From positions 1,883 through 65,882 of the forward strand of contig JAOOLD010000005.1 of assembly GCA_028408365.1 (NCBI GenBank): DNA of 64,000 nt. Direction: 5' to 3'. The stretch's first letter is position 1. The number at the start of each line of letters is the position of its first letter. The stretch comes from Bacteroidota bacterium. Its GTDB lineage: Bacteria > Bacteroidota > Bacteroidia > Flavobacteriales > BACL11. The translations under genes were made by a program, and so were the position numbers. Shown piece by piece: positions 1 to 9,700 of this stretch. The notes under the pieces were generated by a model. That model did no database searches and had not been told where the DNA came from. It worked only from the letters and a program-made list of their open reading frames with translations.

Positions 1-1637
1 CTATAGTTGTATTTCCTTTAATTAGAATTTTTAAAAAATCACCCGAAGAAATTTGTAATGAAATTGGTTACTTATTATCTAAGCAGATAATATTCATTTC
101 ATCCTTTAATGTAATAAAGGGATTCTTAAACATAGAGCTAAATAATAATTTTTGGATTGAGTCAATCATCAAAATATCTAAAACTAAAAATTATGGAATC
201 ACAAAAAAAAATAATAAATCTGATACAACGTTAGTTGAATTTTCATCTCCAAACACTAACAAACCACTTCATTTGGGTCACATAAGAAATATCGTTTTAG
301 GAGACTCAGTTTCAAGAATAATAGAGGCAACTGGTAAAAATGTTAAAAGAGTTCAAATCATTAATGATAGAGGTATTCATATTTGTAAATCAATGCTAGC
401 TTGGCAAACTTTTGGTAATGGAGAAACTCCAGAAAAGGCAAATATGAAAGGAGACCACTTAGTTGGAAAATATTATGTAAAATTTAATCAAGAATACAAT
501 AAAGAATTAGCTGAACTTAGAAGTCAAGGTTATAGTGAGGATGAATGTATAAATAAGTCTAGGCTTAACAAAGAAGCTAAAGAACTTCTACTTAGATGGG
601 AATCTAATGATAGTGAAGTTATTAAATTGTGGTCTCAAATGAACAATTGGGTCTATGCAGGGTTTAATGAAACTTACAAGAAATTAGGTGTTACTTTCGA
701 CAAAAATTACTACGAAAGTGAAACATACTTATTAGGTAAAGATTTAATTGAGGATGGATTAAAAAGCAATGTTTTCTATAAAAAAGAAGATAATTCAGTA
801 TGGATAGATTTGACTGAATTTGGATTAGACGAAAAACTTTTGCTTAGATCAGATGGTACAGCCGTTTATATAACTCAAGACATTGGAACTGCGATACTAA
901 GATTTAAAGACTTTAAATTTTCAGAAATGGTTTACACTGTTGGTAATGAACAAAATTATCATTTCGATGTTTTGTTTAAAATTTTAAAAAAATTGAATTA
1001 TTCTTGGGCTAACATGTGTCATCATTTGTCATACGGAATGGTTGGTCTACCTGAAGGCAAAATGAAATCAAGAGAGGGAACTGTTGTTGATGCTGATGAT
1101 TTGTTAAATCATGTTCTTTACTCCTCGATTGAACTATCAAATCATCTAAATAAAAAAAATGATCTTTCTAATAAAGATCATAAAGTAATTTCTCTTGCAG
1201 CAATAAAATATTTTTTACTAAAAGTTGATGCGAAGAAAAATATGATGTTTAATCCAAAAGAATCTATAGATTTTAATGGAAATACTGGTCCATTTCTTCT
1301 CTATACATATGCCAGAATTAAGTCTCTAATAAGAAAAAATAACACTAAAATTGAAATAAAAAAAGTTGAAATTAATTCAATTGAAAAAGATTTAATAAAA
1401 AAAATTATTGAGTATCCCGAGGTCATAAGAGACTCTGCCTTATCTTATAACCCTTCTCTAATTTGTAATTATATCTTTGAAATGGTTAAAATATATAATA
1501 GATTTTATCAAAATAATGAAATACTAGTTGATGATCAATTGACTCGTAGTCTAAGATTAACAATTTCGGAGGAAGTTTCTAAAATAATCAAAACTTCAAG
1601 CGACTTATTAGGCTTTGAAGTTCTAGAAAAAATGTAA
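1..1637 (+). CDS. argS: Arginine--tRNA ligase, 5'-truncated by the window edge
   Basis: The frame of the 273..1637 ORF stays open back to nt 3. The track's 'M' at 273 is really the Leu of the class-I HIGH motif (..SSPNTNKPLHLGHIRN..). Also has a KMSKS-like GKMKSREGT and an ArgRS-type C-terminal anticodon-binding region. Confidence 0.9.
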   Translation, partial: IVVFPLIRIFKKSPEEICNEIGYLLSKQIIFISSFNVIKGFLNIELNNNFWIESIIKISKTKNYGITKKNNKSDTTLVEFSSPNTNKPLHLGHIRNIVLGDSVSRIIEATGKNVKRVQIINDRGIHICKSMLAWQTFGNGETPEKANMKGDHLVGKYYVKFNQEYNKELAELRSQGYSEDECINKSRLNKEAKELLLRWESNDSEVIKLWSQMNNWVYAGFNETYKKLGVTFDKNYYESETYLLGKDLIEDGLKSNVFYKKEDNSVWIDLTEFGLDEKLLLRSDGTAVYITQDIGTAILRFKDFKFSEMVYTVGNEQNYHFDVLFKILKKLNYSWANMCHHLSYGMVGLPEGKMKSREGTVVDADDLLNHVLYSSIELSNHLNKKNDLSNKDHKVISLAAIKYFLLKVDAKKNMMFNPKESIDFNGNTGPFLLYTYARIKSLIRKNNTKIEIKKVEINSIEKDLIKKIIEYPEVIRDSALSYNPSLICNYIFEMVKIYNRFYQNNEILVDDQLTRSLRLTISEEVSKIIKTSSDLLGFEVLEKM

Positions 1638-1638
1638 A

Positions 1639-2496
1639 CTATTTTTCTTTTAAATAGTCTAATATTTTCAAAATTTCTTTTGCTTGTTTTACATCATGAA
1701 CTCTAAGAACTTTACATCCTTTTCTTATAGCAATTGTATTTACTATTGTTGTTGAATTTAGTGCATCTTTTGAATCAATATCTAAAAGTTTAGTGAGCAT
1801 TGATTTTCTTGAAACACCAGCAATAATTGGATATCCAAATTTTTGAAATTTTTCTAAGTTTTTCAATATCGTATAGTTATTTTCAAGACTTTTTCCAAAA
1901 CCAAAACCTGGATCGATAATTATTTTTTTTATTCCTTTTTTATTTAAAAAATTTATCTTTTTTTCAAAAAAATCTAGTAACTCACTTATAATATTTTTGT
2001 AAATAGGTTTCTCTTGCATGCTTTTCGGCTCTCCCTGCATATGCATTAAAATGTATGGGAGATTGTTTTTTGCTACAACATCAAAAATTTTTGAGTCAAA
2101 TTTTCCAGCAGAAATATCATTTATGATATCAGCATTATTTTCGATAGCAATTTCAGCAACTGAAGATCTAAAGGTATCCACTGAAACTATAGTTTTTGGA
2201 AATTTCTGCTTTATTAATTTGGTGTATTTTTTTATAATTTCTATTTCTTTTTTTTCTTCAACAGGAAGTGAGCCAGGTTTAGATGAGCATGCTCCAATAT
2301 CAATGATATCAACTCCTTCCTCAATCATTTTTTTGCATTGCTTTATAATAGAACTTTCTTTAATATATTTGCCACCATCATAAAATGAATTATTAGTGAT
2401 GTTGAGGATACCCATAACCTTGGGTGTTGAAAAAAAAGTTGAATAGTTAATTTTTTCAATAGAAATGTCAGAATTAAAACTTTTATCTTTGTACAT
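1639..2496 (-). CDS. folP: Dihydropteroate synthase
   Basis: GILNITNNSFYDGG, DIIDIGACSSKPG, DPGFGFGK and RVHDV are classic pterin-binding DHPS motifs. Confidence 0.9.
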   Translation of the reverse strand: MYKDKSFNSDISIEKINYSTFFSTPKVMGILNITNNSFYDGGKYIKESSIIKQCKKMIEEGVDIIDIGACSSKPGSLPVEEKKEIEIIKKYTKLIKQKFPKTIVSVDTFRSSVAEIAIENNADIINDISAGKFDSKIFDVVAKNNLPYILMHMQGEPKSMQEKPIYKNIISELLDFFEKKINFLNKKGIKKIIIDPGFGFGKSLENNYTILKNLEKFQKFGYPIIAGVSRKSMLTKLLDIDSKDALNSTTIVNTIAIRKGCKVLRVHDVKQAKEILKILDYLKEK

Positions 2497-2507
2497 TAAT
2501 ATGTAAA

Positions 2508-3053
2508 ATGGAGAAAACTTTAGTTGAATATGATTCTATAATTGACATCTGTTTAGATATTTTTACAAAGAAACTAAAAGATTACGGATCTGCGTGGAGA
2601 ATATTAAGAATTAGTTCATTAACAGATCAAATTTTTATCAAGGCTCAGCGCATTAGAAGCATAGAGTTAAAAGGCATACAAAAAGTCGATGAAGGAATTG
2701 AAAAAGAGTTTATTGGAATAGTTAATTATGCCGTAATAGGTTTGACTCAAATTAAACTTGGGATTTCTGATTTAATTGATGATGTAAAAAATGAAGAAGC
2801 AATTAATTTGTTCAAAAGCATAACTTCTGAAGCTAAAAATCTGATGATTGCGAAGAATCATGACTATGGTGAAGCCTGGAGAGATATGAGAGTAAGTTCT
2901 CTAACAGATCTCATACTTCAAAAGATATACAGAGTAAAGCAAATTGAGAAAAATAATGGATCTACAATTATTTCAGAAGGTATAGATGCTAATTATTTAG
3001 ATATGTTAAATTATGCAGTTTTTGCGTTAATCAAATTAGAAAAAAGTGAATAA
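2508..3053 (+). CDS. DUF1599 (Nmad1-like) domain protein with an internal duplication
   Basis: Two copies of DYG(S/E)AWR..R.SSLTD.I..K..R. The position next to folP is typical for Bacteroidota. Confidence 0.75.
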   Translation: MEKTLVEYDSIIDICLDIFTKKLKDYGSAWRILRISSLTDQIFIKAQRIRSIELKGIQKVDEGIEKEFIGIVNYAVIGLTQIKLGISDLIDDVKNEEAINLFKSITSEAKNLMIAKNHDYGEAWRDMRVSSLTDLILQKIYRVKQIEKNNGSTIISEGIDANYLDMLNYAVFALIKLEKSE

Positions 3054-4152
3054 AATTATTTCAACCTTTCTTAGAGTTTTTATTGGAGTTTTTTTAATTA
3101 TTTCAGGACTTTTGAAAGTAAATGATACTATTGGTTTTTCATACAAATTAAATGAGTACTTTCAAGTACTTAATATAGAATTTTTTTCTCCCATTTCTTT
3201 ACAGCTAGCTTTTTTAATATGCATCTTTGAGGTTGTATTAGGAGCTCTCTTAATTACTGCTACAAAATTTAGATTTACATTCTTTTGTACTTCTGCCATG
3301 ATGGTATTTTTCACTTTTCTCACTTTCTATTCAGCTTATTTTGATAAAGTTACAGATTGTGGGTGTTTTGGAGACGCTTTAAAGCTGAGACCTTGGGACT
3401 CGTTCTATAAGGACGTAATAATATTAATTATTTTAGTAGTAATATTTAGAGGAAAAGATAACTTCAAATCTTTTTTTTCCAAAAAAGGAGACTATGCATA
3501 CATTTTTTTAGTAACACTAGCATCTACAATTTTTGCTTTTTACACATATAATAATTTACCATTGAAAGATTACAGGCCATATGCTGTTGGTCAAAACATA
3601 AGTGACAATATGAAAACTTGTTTCGAGTTAAATTTACCTTGCACCGAAGAGTCCCCAATCTATCTTGTAAGAGATATTCAAACAGGAGAAGAGCTTGAAA
3701 TGGTTGCTGACATGTGGTTAAGTAATACAGATAGATATGAGTATTTGAACTTCACTGACAAAACAAAAATACTTGTGAAAGGCTATGAGCCTAAGATAAC
3801 AGATTTTTCAGTTCAAAATAAAAACATTGATATTACTGATTCACTACTGAACTTGGATAATGTTTTAGTCTTTGTTAGTTATGATTTAAACAAGATTAAT
3901 AAGAAATCCATTATCAAAATAGAGAATATATATATGCAATCACCAGATGAACAAATAATTTTTCTAACTGCTTCAAATGAAGACATAATCAAAAATTTTA
4001 ATGATAATAATGATTTAAATATTGATTTCAGCTACACAGATGAAACAGTTTTAAAAACTATAGTAAGATCAAATCCTGGAATTTTGAGAATTCAAAAGGG
4101 AACTGTTATTGAAAAATTACATCACAATCATTTCGAAAAATTAATTAAATAA
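3046..4152 (+). CDS. MauE/DoxX-family membrane protein with a C-terminal soluble (thioredoxin-like?) domain (BT_3928-like)
   Basis: Four or five N-terminal TM helices, a TDCGCFGDALKL motif, and the conserved position after DUF1599. Confidence 0.65.
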   Translation: MNKIISTFLRVFIGVFLIISGLLKVNDTIGFSYKLNEYFQVLNIEFFSPISLQLAFLICIFEVVLGALLITATKFRFTFFCTSAMMVFFTFLTFYSAYFDKVTDCGCFGDALKLRPWDSFYKDVIILIILVVIFRGKDNFKSFFSKKGDYAYIFLVTLASTIFAFYTYNNLPLKDYRPYAVGQNISDNMKTCFELNLPCTEESPIYLVRDIQTGEELEMVADMWLSNTDRYEYLNFTDKTKILVKGYEPKITDFSVQNKNIDITDSLLNLDNVLVFVSYDLNKINKKSIIKIENIYMQSPDEQIIFLTASNEDIIKNFNDNNDLNIDFSYTDETVLKTIVRSNPGILRIQKGTVIEKLHHNHFEKLIK

Positions 4153-4153
4153 T

Positions 4154-5230
4154 TTGAGAAATTTTCTCCTTACAAAAATATACGACACCATGCTAGTTAT
4201 TTTGGGAGTTGTAGTCGTTATTTTTCTTTTATTTAATGTTTTGCCTGCTGACCCAGCAAGAATGATGCTAGACAAAAGAGAGGACTCAGAGCAACTAAAT
4301 GAGATAAAAAAGAAATATGCTCTGGATCAGCCTGTATTCATACAGTTTTTGTACTATATAAATGACCTTTCTTTTATATCTGTTTTGGAGAACACCAATA
4401 AAGATAATTACACATATGCTAAACAAAAAAAATATAAATTTTTTAAAATCTTTGATATTGGTTCAAAATCAATAGTTGTGAAAAAACCTTATTTGAGAGA
4501 ATCTTATTTTAAGAAAGGAGAGAGTGTATCATCTATTATTTTGAGTACTTTCCCAAATACAGTGGTTTTAGCAACAAGTTCTATGCTTTTGGCTTCTTTT
4601 TTAGGCATAATTTTAGGTATCATTTGTGCAATATTTATTAATACTTTTTTTGATAGATTAATAATTTTTTTCACGGCAATTGGAATATCATTACCCTCAT
4701 TCTTTAGTGCAATGTTATTTGCTTGGATTTTTGGATTTTTACTTCATGATTATACTAATTTGAGTGTGACGGGAAGTTTATTTGAGATAGATGACTACTC
4801 TGGAGAAAAAAAACTGAATTTAATTAATCTTATTTTACCGGCTTTAACACTTTCTCTTAGACCTCTTTCAATAATCACTCAATTGACAAGAAACTCACTT
4901 ATTGACGTTTTATCAATGGATTATATTAGAACAGCAACATCAAAAGGTCTTTCAAAGTTTAAAGTTCTTTTCAAACATGCTCTAGTAAATGCATTAAATC
5001 CAGTTATAACATCAATCTCAGGATGGTTTGCATCTCTTCTCGCTGGTTCTGTATTTGTGGAATATATTTTTGGATGGAACGGAATCGGTAAGGAATTGGT
5101 TAATTCTTTGAACAATTTAGATGTGCCGGTTGTAATGGGTATAGTTCTTCTTGTATCTTTGATATTTGTTTTTGTAAATATTGTTGTTGATTATTTATAT
5201 TCAATTATTGATCCTAGAATTAAAATGTAA
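4154..5230 (+). CDS. ABC transporter permease (Dpp/Opp-type)
   Basis: N-terminal TM, multiple TM helices, the EAA-like loop DYIRTATSKGLS, and a C-terminal ..DPRIK. TTG start. Confidence 0.8.
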   Translation: MRNFLLTKIYDTMLVILGVVVVIFLLFNVLPADPARMMLDKREDSEQLNEIKKKYALDQPVFIQFLYYINDLSFISVLENTNKDNYTYAKQKKYKFFKIFDIGSKSIVVKKPYLRESYFKKGESVSSIILSTFPNTVVLATSSMLLASFLGIILGIICAIFINTFFDRLIIFFTAIGISLPSFFSAMLFAWIFGFLLHDYTNLSVTGSLFEIDDYSGEKKLNLINLILPALTLSLRPLSIITQLTRNSLIDVLSMDYIRTATSKGLSKFKVLFKHALVNALNPVITSISGWFASLLAGSVFVEYIFGWNGIGKELVNSLNNLDVPVVMGIVLLVSLIFVFVNIVVDYLYSIIDPRIKM

Positions 5231-5985
5231 TGAGTAAAAAATTAGTTATAGCAAACTGGAAAATGAATTTAGACTACTCTCAAGCCAGAGAGCTAAGTAA
5301 TATGATTTCCATAAATAATTTTAAAAACAACTTAGTTGTTGCACCATCAAATTTATTTTTAGAGGCTGTTCTTAAAAATTGTGAAAATAATCCACAAATT
5401 ATGGTTTCATCTCAAAATGTGAGTGAGTATGAAAATGGTGCTTATACAGGCGAGGTGTCTGCTAAAATGCTAAAGTCTATAGGTGTAAGTTATTGTATTA
5501 TTGGGCATTCTGAAAGAAGACTTTATTTTGGCGAGGAATCTAAACTAATAACAACAAAAATTAATCAATGTTTAAAAAATAATATTGTTCCAATTTTTTG
5601 TGTTGGTGAGAAAGAAAATGATAGAGACAAAAATGAGCATTTTAAAGTTGTAAAGAATCAGATATTAGCAGTAATAGATAAAATAAATGTAAAAAGTATT
5701 AAAAAAATAATAGTTGCCTATGAACCAGTTTGGGCAATTGGAACAGGTAAAACGGCAACACCATCTCAGGCTCAAGAAATGCATTTTTATATCAGAAATT
5801 TAATTAAAGAGAAATATGGTTTAGAAATTTCAGAAACAATAAAAATTGTATATGGTGGTAGTTGCAACAAAAACAACGCTAAAGACTTATTTAAACAGAA
5901 AGATATAGACGGTGGACTAGTTGGAGGGGCTTCACTTATTTATGATGATTTTATTGAAATAGTTAGAATAGGTGAATTATTTTAA
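5230..5985 (+). CDS. tpiA: Triosephosphate isomerase
   Basis: ANWKMN, IIGHSERR, AYEPVWAIGTGKTAT and YGGS motifs. Confidence 0.92.
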   Translation: MSKKLVIANWKMNLDYSQARELSNMISINNFKNNLVVAPSNLFLEAVLKNCENNPQIMVSSQNVSEYENGAYTGEVSAKMLKSIGVSYCIIGHSERRLYFGEESKLITTKINQCLKNNIVPIFCVGEKENDRDKNEHFKVVKNQILAVIDKINVKSIKKIIVAYEPVWAIGTGKTATPSQAQEMHFYIRNLIKEKYGLEISETIKIVYGGSCNKNNAKDLFKQKDIDGGLVGGASLIYDDFIEIVRIGELF

Positions 5986-6790
5986 GTTTTCATTAACCCT
6001 TGGTAACTTTAATGAACGATCTGTTGAAATAATAACTGCTTTTCTTTTTCAACTTGGCTTTGAGTCTTGTGAAGAGTCCAAAAACAATATTTATGCTTAT
6101 GCTAGTGAGGATAATGTAACTGATGATTTAATTAATGAAATCGAAATATTATCTAAAAATCTTAATTTCAAATTCAATTTTAATGAGATAATCACTGAAA
6201 ATTGGAATAAAAAGTGGGAGAGTAATTTTGAACCCATACAAATTAATAATGACTGTATTGTAAGAGCATCATTTCACAAGCAGATTAACCTCAAATATGA
6301 AATAATTATTGATCCCAAAATGTCATTTGGAACTGGGCATCACGAAACAACTTTTTTGGTGTGCAAGGAGTTATTTGATATGAATTTAGAAAATAAGAAT
6401 GTGCTTGATTTTGGATGTGGAACAGGTATATTATCAATAATATCTTCAAAATTAAATGCTAAGTCAGTTACTGCAATTGATTACGATAATAAATGTATAG
6501 ATAATACTTTCGAGAATCTTAAAAAAAACAATATTGACAATGTGGAGTTAATAAAAGATGATAATGTACCAAAAAACAAAAAATTTGATTTAATAATTTC
6601 AAACATTAATAGAAATGTTATTTTGAATAGCTTTGAAGCCTTTATTGAGACAGAAGCCAATGAATTTATTTTAAGTGGTTTTCTTCAAACTGACTATGAA
6701 ATTTTGCTAAATAAGATTAAAGACTTAAATCTTCAATTAATAAATAAAAAAAATAAAAATGGATGGTTATTGTTAAGAATAAAAAAATAA
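5972..6790 (+). CDS. prmA: Ribosomal protein L11 methyltransferase
   Basis: IDPKMSFGTGHHETT and the SAM motif LDFGCGTGILSI. GTG start overlaps the tpiA stop. Confidence 0.85.
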   Translation: MNYFKFSLTLGNFNERSVEIITAFLFQLGFESCEESKNNIYAYASEDNVTDDLINEIEILSKNLNFKFNFNEIITENWNKKWESNFEPIQINNDCIVRASFHKQINLKYEIIIDPKMSFGTGHHETTFLVCKELFDMNLENKNVLDFGCGTGILSIISSKLNAKSVTAIDYDNKCIDNTFENLKKNNIDNVELIKDDNVPKNKKFDLIISNINRNVILNSFEAFIETEANEFILSGFLQTDYEILLNKIKDLNLQLINKKNKNGWLLLRIKK

Positions 6791-9700
6791 CACTCTTATT
6801 ATTTTTCGTTTTTCAGTTCAGTTTTCTGAATGCTCAAATAAGCAATGAATCATCAATTCAGCAACAGTCAGTTCAAAAGAAACTTGAGTCGTATATAAAA
6901 CTGAAAGAAAACAAAGATTTAAAATCTTCATATAAAAAATTTAGTAAAATCCTGTCAGAGAATAAAGATTTGGAAACTGGTAGACTATTAAACTTTATGA
7001 TTCAAAAAAAATTAAAGCCTAATTCTCATTTTAGAAATTTTTTTGAATCATATTTATTAGTTTTTTCATCTAACAGTCATGATTTAGATAGTTGGATCAA
7101 TGTGTTACAAAAGGTTCTGGAAGAAAACACAATTAATAAATTTAATAATTTTCTTATTTATTCAGCAAATCTTGTTCAGCTAAAGTCTATTAGAAAAACT
7201 AAAACTTTAAATTGGTCTTATTCTGATTCTAAAGTATTTTTTGATTATGTAGATCAAAATCCAGTTGTTGTATTTTCTGATCCTACAAATCTTATGTGTA
7301 CTACAAAGGGAAATTCTATTAAAATAAATTTAACTAGAGGAAAATACTATCCTTTTGAAAATAAATGGAATGGTGAAGAAGGAGTAGTAGACTGGTCAAC
7401 TCATTCTATTTCCTCAGATAGCATTTATGTCATTTTAGATAAATACAAAATTGACACACGTTCTACTAAGATAAATTGTGATTCTGTTTCCTTTTATAAT
7501 AAATATTTATTTGATAAACCATTAACAGGTAAGTTTCAAAATAGAATTTCAATTGGAAAAATGTCTCAAACATATCCTAGATTTACTTCATATTCAAAGA
7601 AAATTTTTCTGAAAGAAATTTTTAATGGGATAGATTACGAGGGAGGATACATGCTAAATGGTAAAAAGTTTATTGCTGATGGAGGAAAGTATGCTGATGC
7701 CAAAATTATATTTAAAAAAAATGGTAAAAAATTATTAGTAGCTGAGTCAGATCGTTTTAACTTGGAGAGTAAATCATTGACTTCAAGTTCATGCGCACTA
7801 AAGATTTACTTTGATAATGATTCAATTTTTCACTCTGATTTGAAATTAAAATATTTTGATGATGAAAGAAAATTACAACTTTTTAATTCAATCAATACTT
7901 CTTTCAGAAAACCAATGATTAATTCATATCATAAAATGTCAATTTATTTTGAAATGATGGAATGGTCAATTGATAGTAGCTTGATTGAGTTCGGTTCAGT
8001 ACCTGGTGCATCTATTTCAAATGTTGAATTTGAATCACTTGACTTTTTTGATGAAAAAAAATATGATATGCTAGCAGGAATTGATGAAATACATCCTCTA
8101 ATACTAATAAGCAACTATGTAAGAGACAAACAAGAAAATATCTTTTATGTTTCAGACTTTGCTAAATATATTGGCTATCCGATATTACAAGTAAAAAACT
8201 ATCTTATAAACTTATCAAATTATGGATTTTTATTTTATGATTCTGGTGAGGAAAGAATTTATGTTCAAGAAAATGTTGAGAAATATATCAAAGCAAAGTC
8301 TAAACTAAGTGACTATGATGTTATAAGTTTTGTTTCTTCTTTAAGAAACAATTCAAAAAATAAAATTGTAAATGCAGCTATCAATTTAGAAAATAAGGAT
8401 CTCATGATTGCTGGTGTAAGAGATATAACTCTTAGTAAGACTCAAAGTGTATTCTTAAAACCATTTAAGGGCAGGCTAGTCTTTAAGAAAAACAGAGATT
8501 TTTCTTTTTCTGGCTTTATTTCAGCTGGATCTGGAAGATTCAATTTGTTCGGCAAAAAATTTGATTTTATATATGATGATTTCAAGATTAATTTAAACAA
8601 AATAGACTCTGTCAGACTTAAGGTTCCAAAATTACCTGTAAAGAAAGATATGTATGGAAATGAAATTTTGACTGATGTCAAGACGGTCTTGCAGTCAGTT
8701 ACTGGAGATTTAGTAATTGATAATGAAAATAATAAATCAGGTATTTATAGAGACAGTTTTCCTAATTATCCAATTTTCAGAAGTTTTGAAAGGTCATTCG
8801 TATATTATGATGACAAATCAATTTTTAATTCTATCTATGATAGGAAAAACTTCTACTTCCACTTAGATCCTTTTGAGATTGATAGTTTAGAGAATTACAG
8901 CGGAAAAGGTTTAGCCTTCTCTGGTGATTTTGTTTCTGCAGGCATCTTTAATAATTTTTCTGACACCTTAAAGCTTCAAGATGATTATTCATTAGGATTT
9001 AGTAAAATATTTGGAGATACAGGTGAAGAAATTTATGGCAAAACAAAATACTATACTAACATTAACTTGAGTAATAAAGGTCTCAAAGGTAACGGTAGAT
9101 TAGAATATTTAAACTCTAGTTATTATAATAAAGAAGTATTCTTTTTTCCAGATTCAGCTATTTTATTAACTGATTCAATTTTCATTGATCAAATAATGGA
9201 TGGAATCGAATTTCCTGATGTGAAAAATAGTGTTACACTTTCAAAATATCTTCCATATCAGGATAAAGTGTTCATTAATAAAATAGATTCAAGTTTTTCT
9301 TTTTATGCAAATCAAGCATTCTTTGATGGAAGGTTATGTTTCCAACCCATAGGACTTACTGGATTAGGAAAAATGAAGCTAGATAATTCAGAGGTACATG
9401 CTCAAAGATTCAACTTTAATGCAGAGTGGTTCAAGTCTGATACAGCTGATCTATTTGTATATAATGGTGATAAACTCAGCTTTGAAACAAAAAATTTAAG
9501 AACTAATATTGATATTTATGAAAAGAAAGGAACTTTCTTTTCCAATGGGATCATGTCATCAGTAAATTTTGTAACAAATAACTATTTCTGCAGAATAGAT
9601 AAGTTAGATTGGGATATAAGAAATGATATACTTGAATTTGGAGACTCTTTAAATCAAGGTTCATTTTTGGAATTTATTTCTACATCAAGCACAGATGATT

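Noticed and set aside
2018-2383. Antisense or shadow ORFs listed in the six-frame track. Examples: 2018..2383, 4921..5115, 8442..8681, 10867..11058, 11155..11373, 14203..14463, 15163..15357, 16086..16280, 17853..18267, 20140..20331, 22989..24995, 26303..26866, 29262..29462, 34807..34995, 35699..38367, 40286..40477, 40847..41149, 45762..45953, 54542..54760, 59217..59429, 59803..60030, 62084..62287 and 63247..63498.
   Set aside because: Each lies wholly inside, or heavily overlaps, a gene with strong family motifs in another frame or on the other strand. Their translations are low-complexity, Ile/Phe/Leu/Ser-rich and motif-free, as expected for chance ORFs in about 30% GC DNA.
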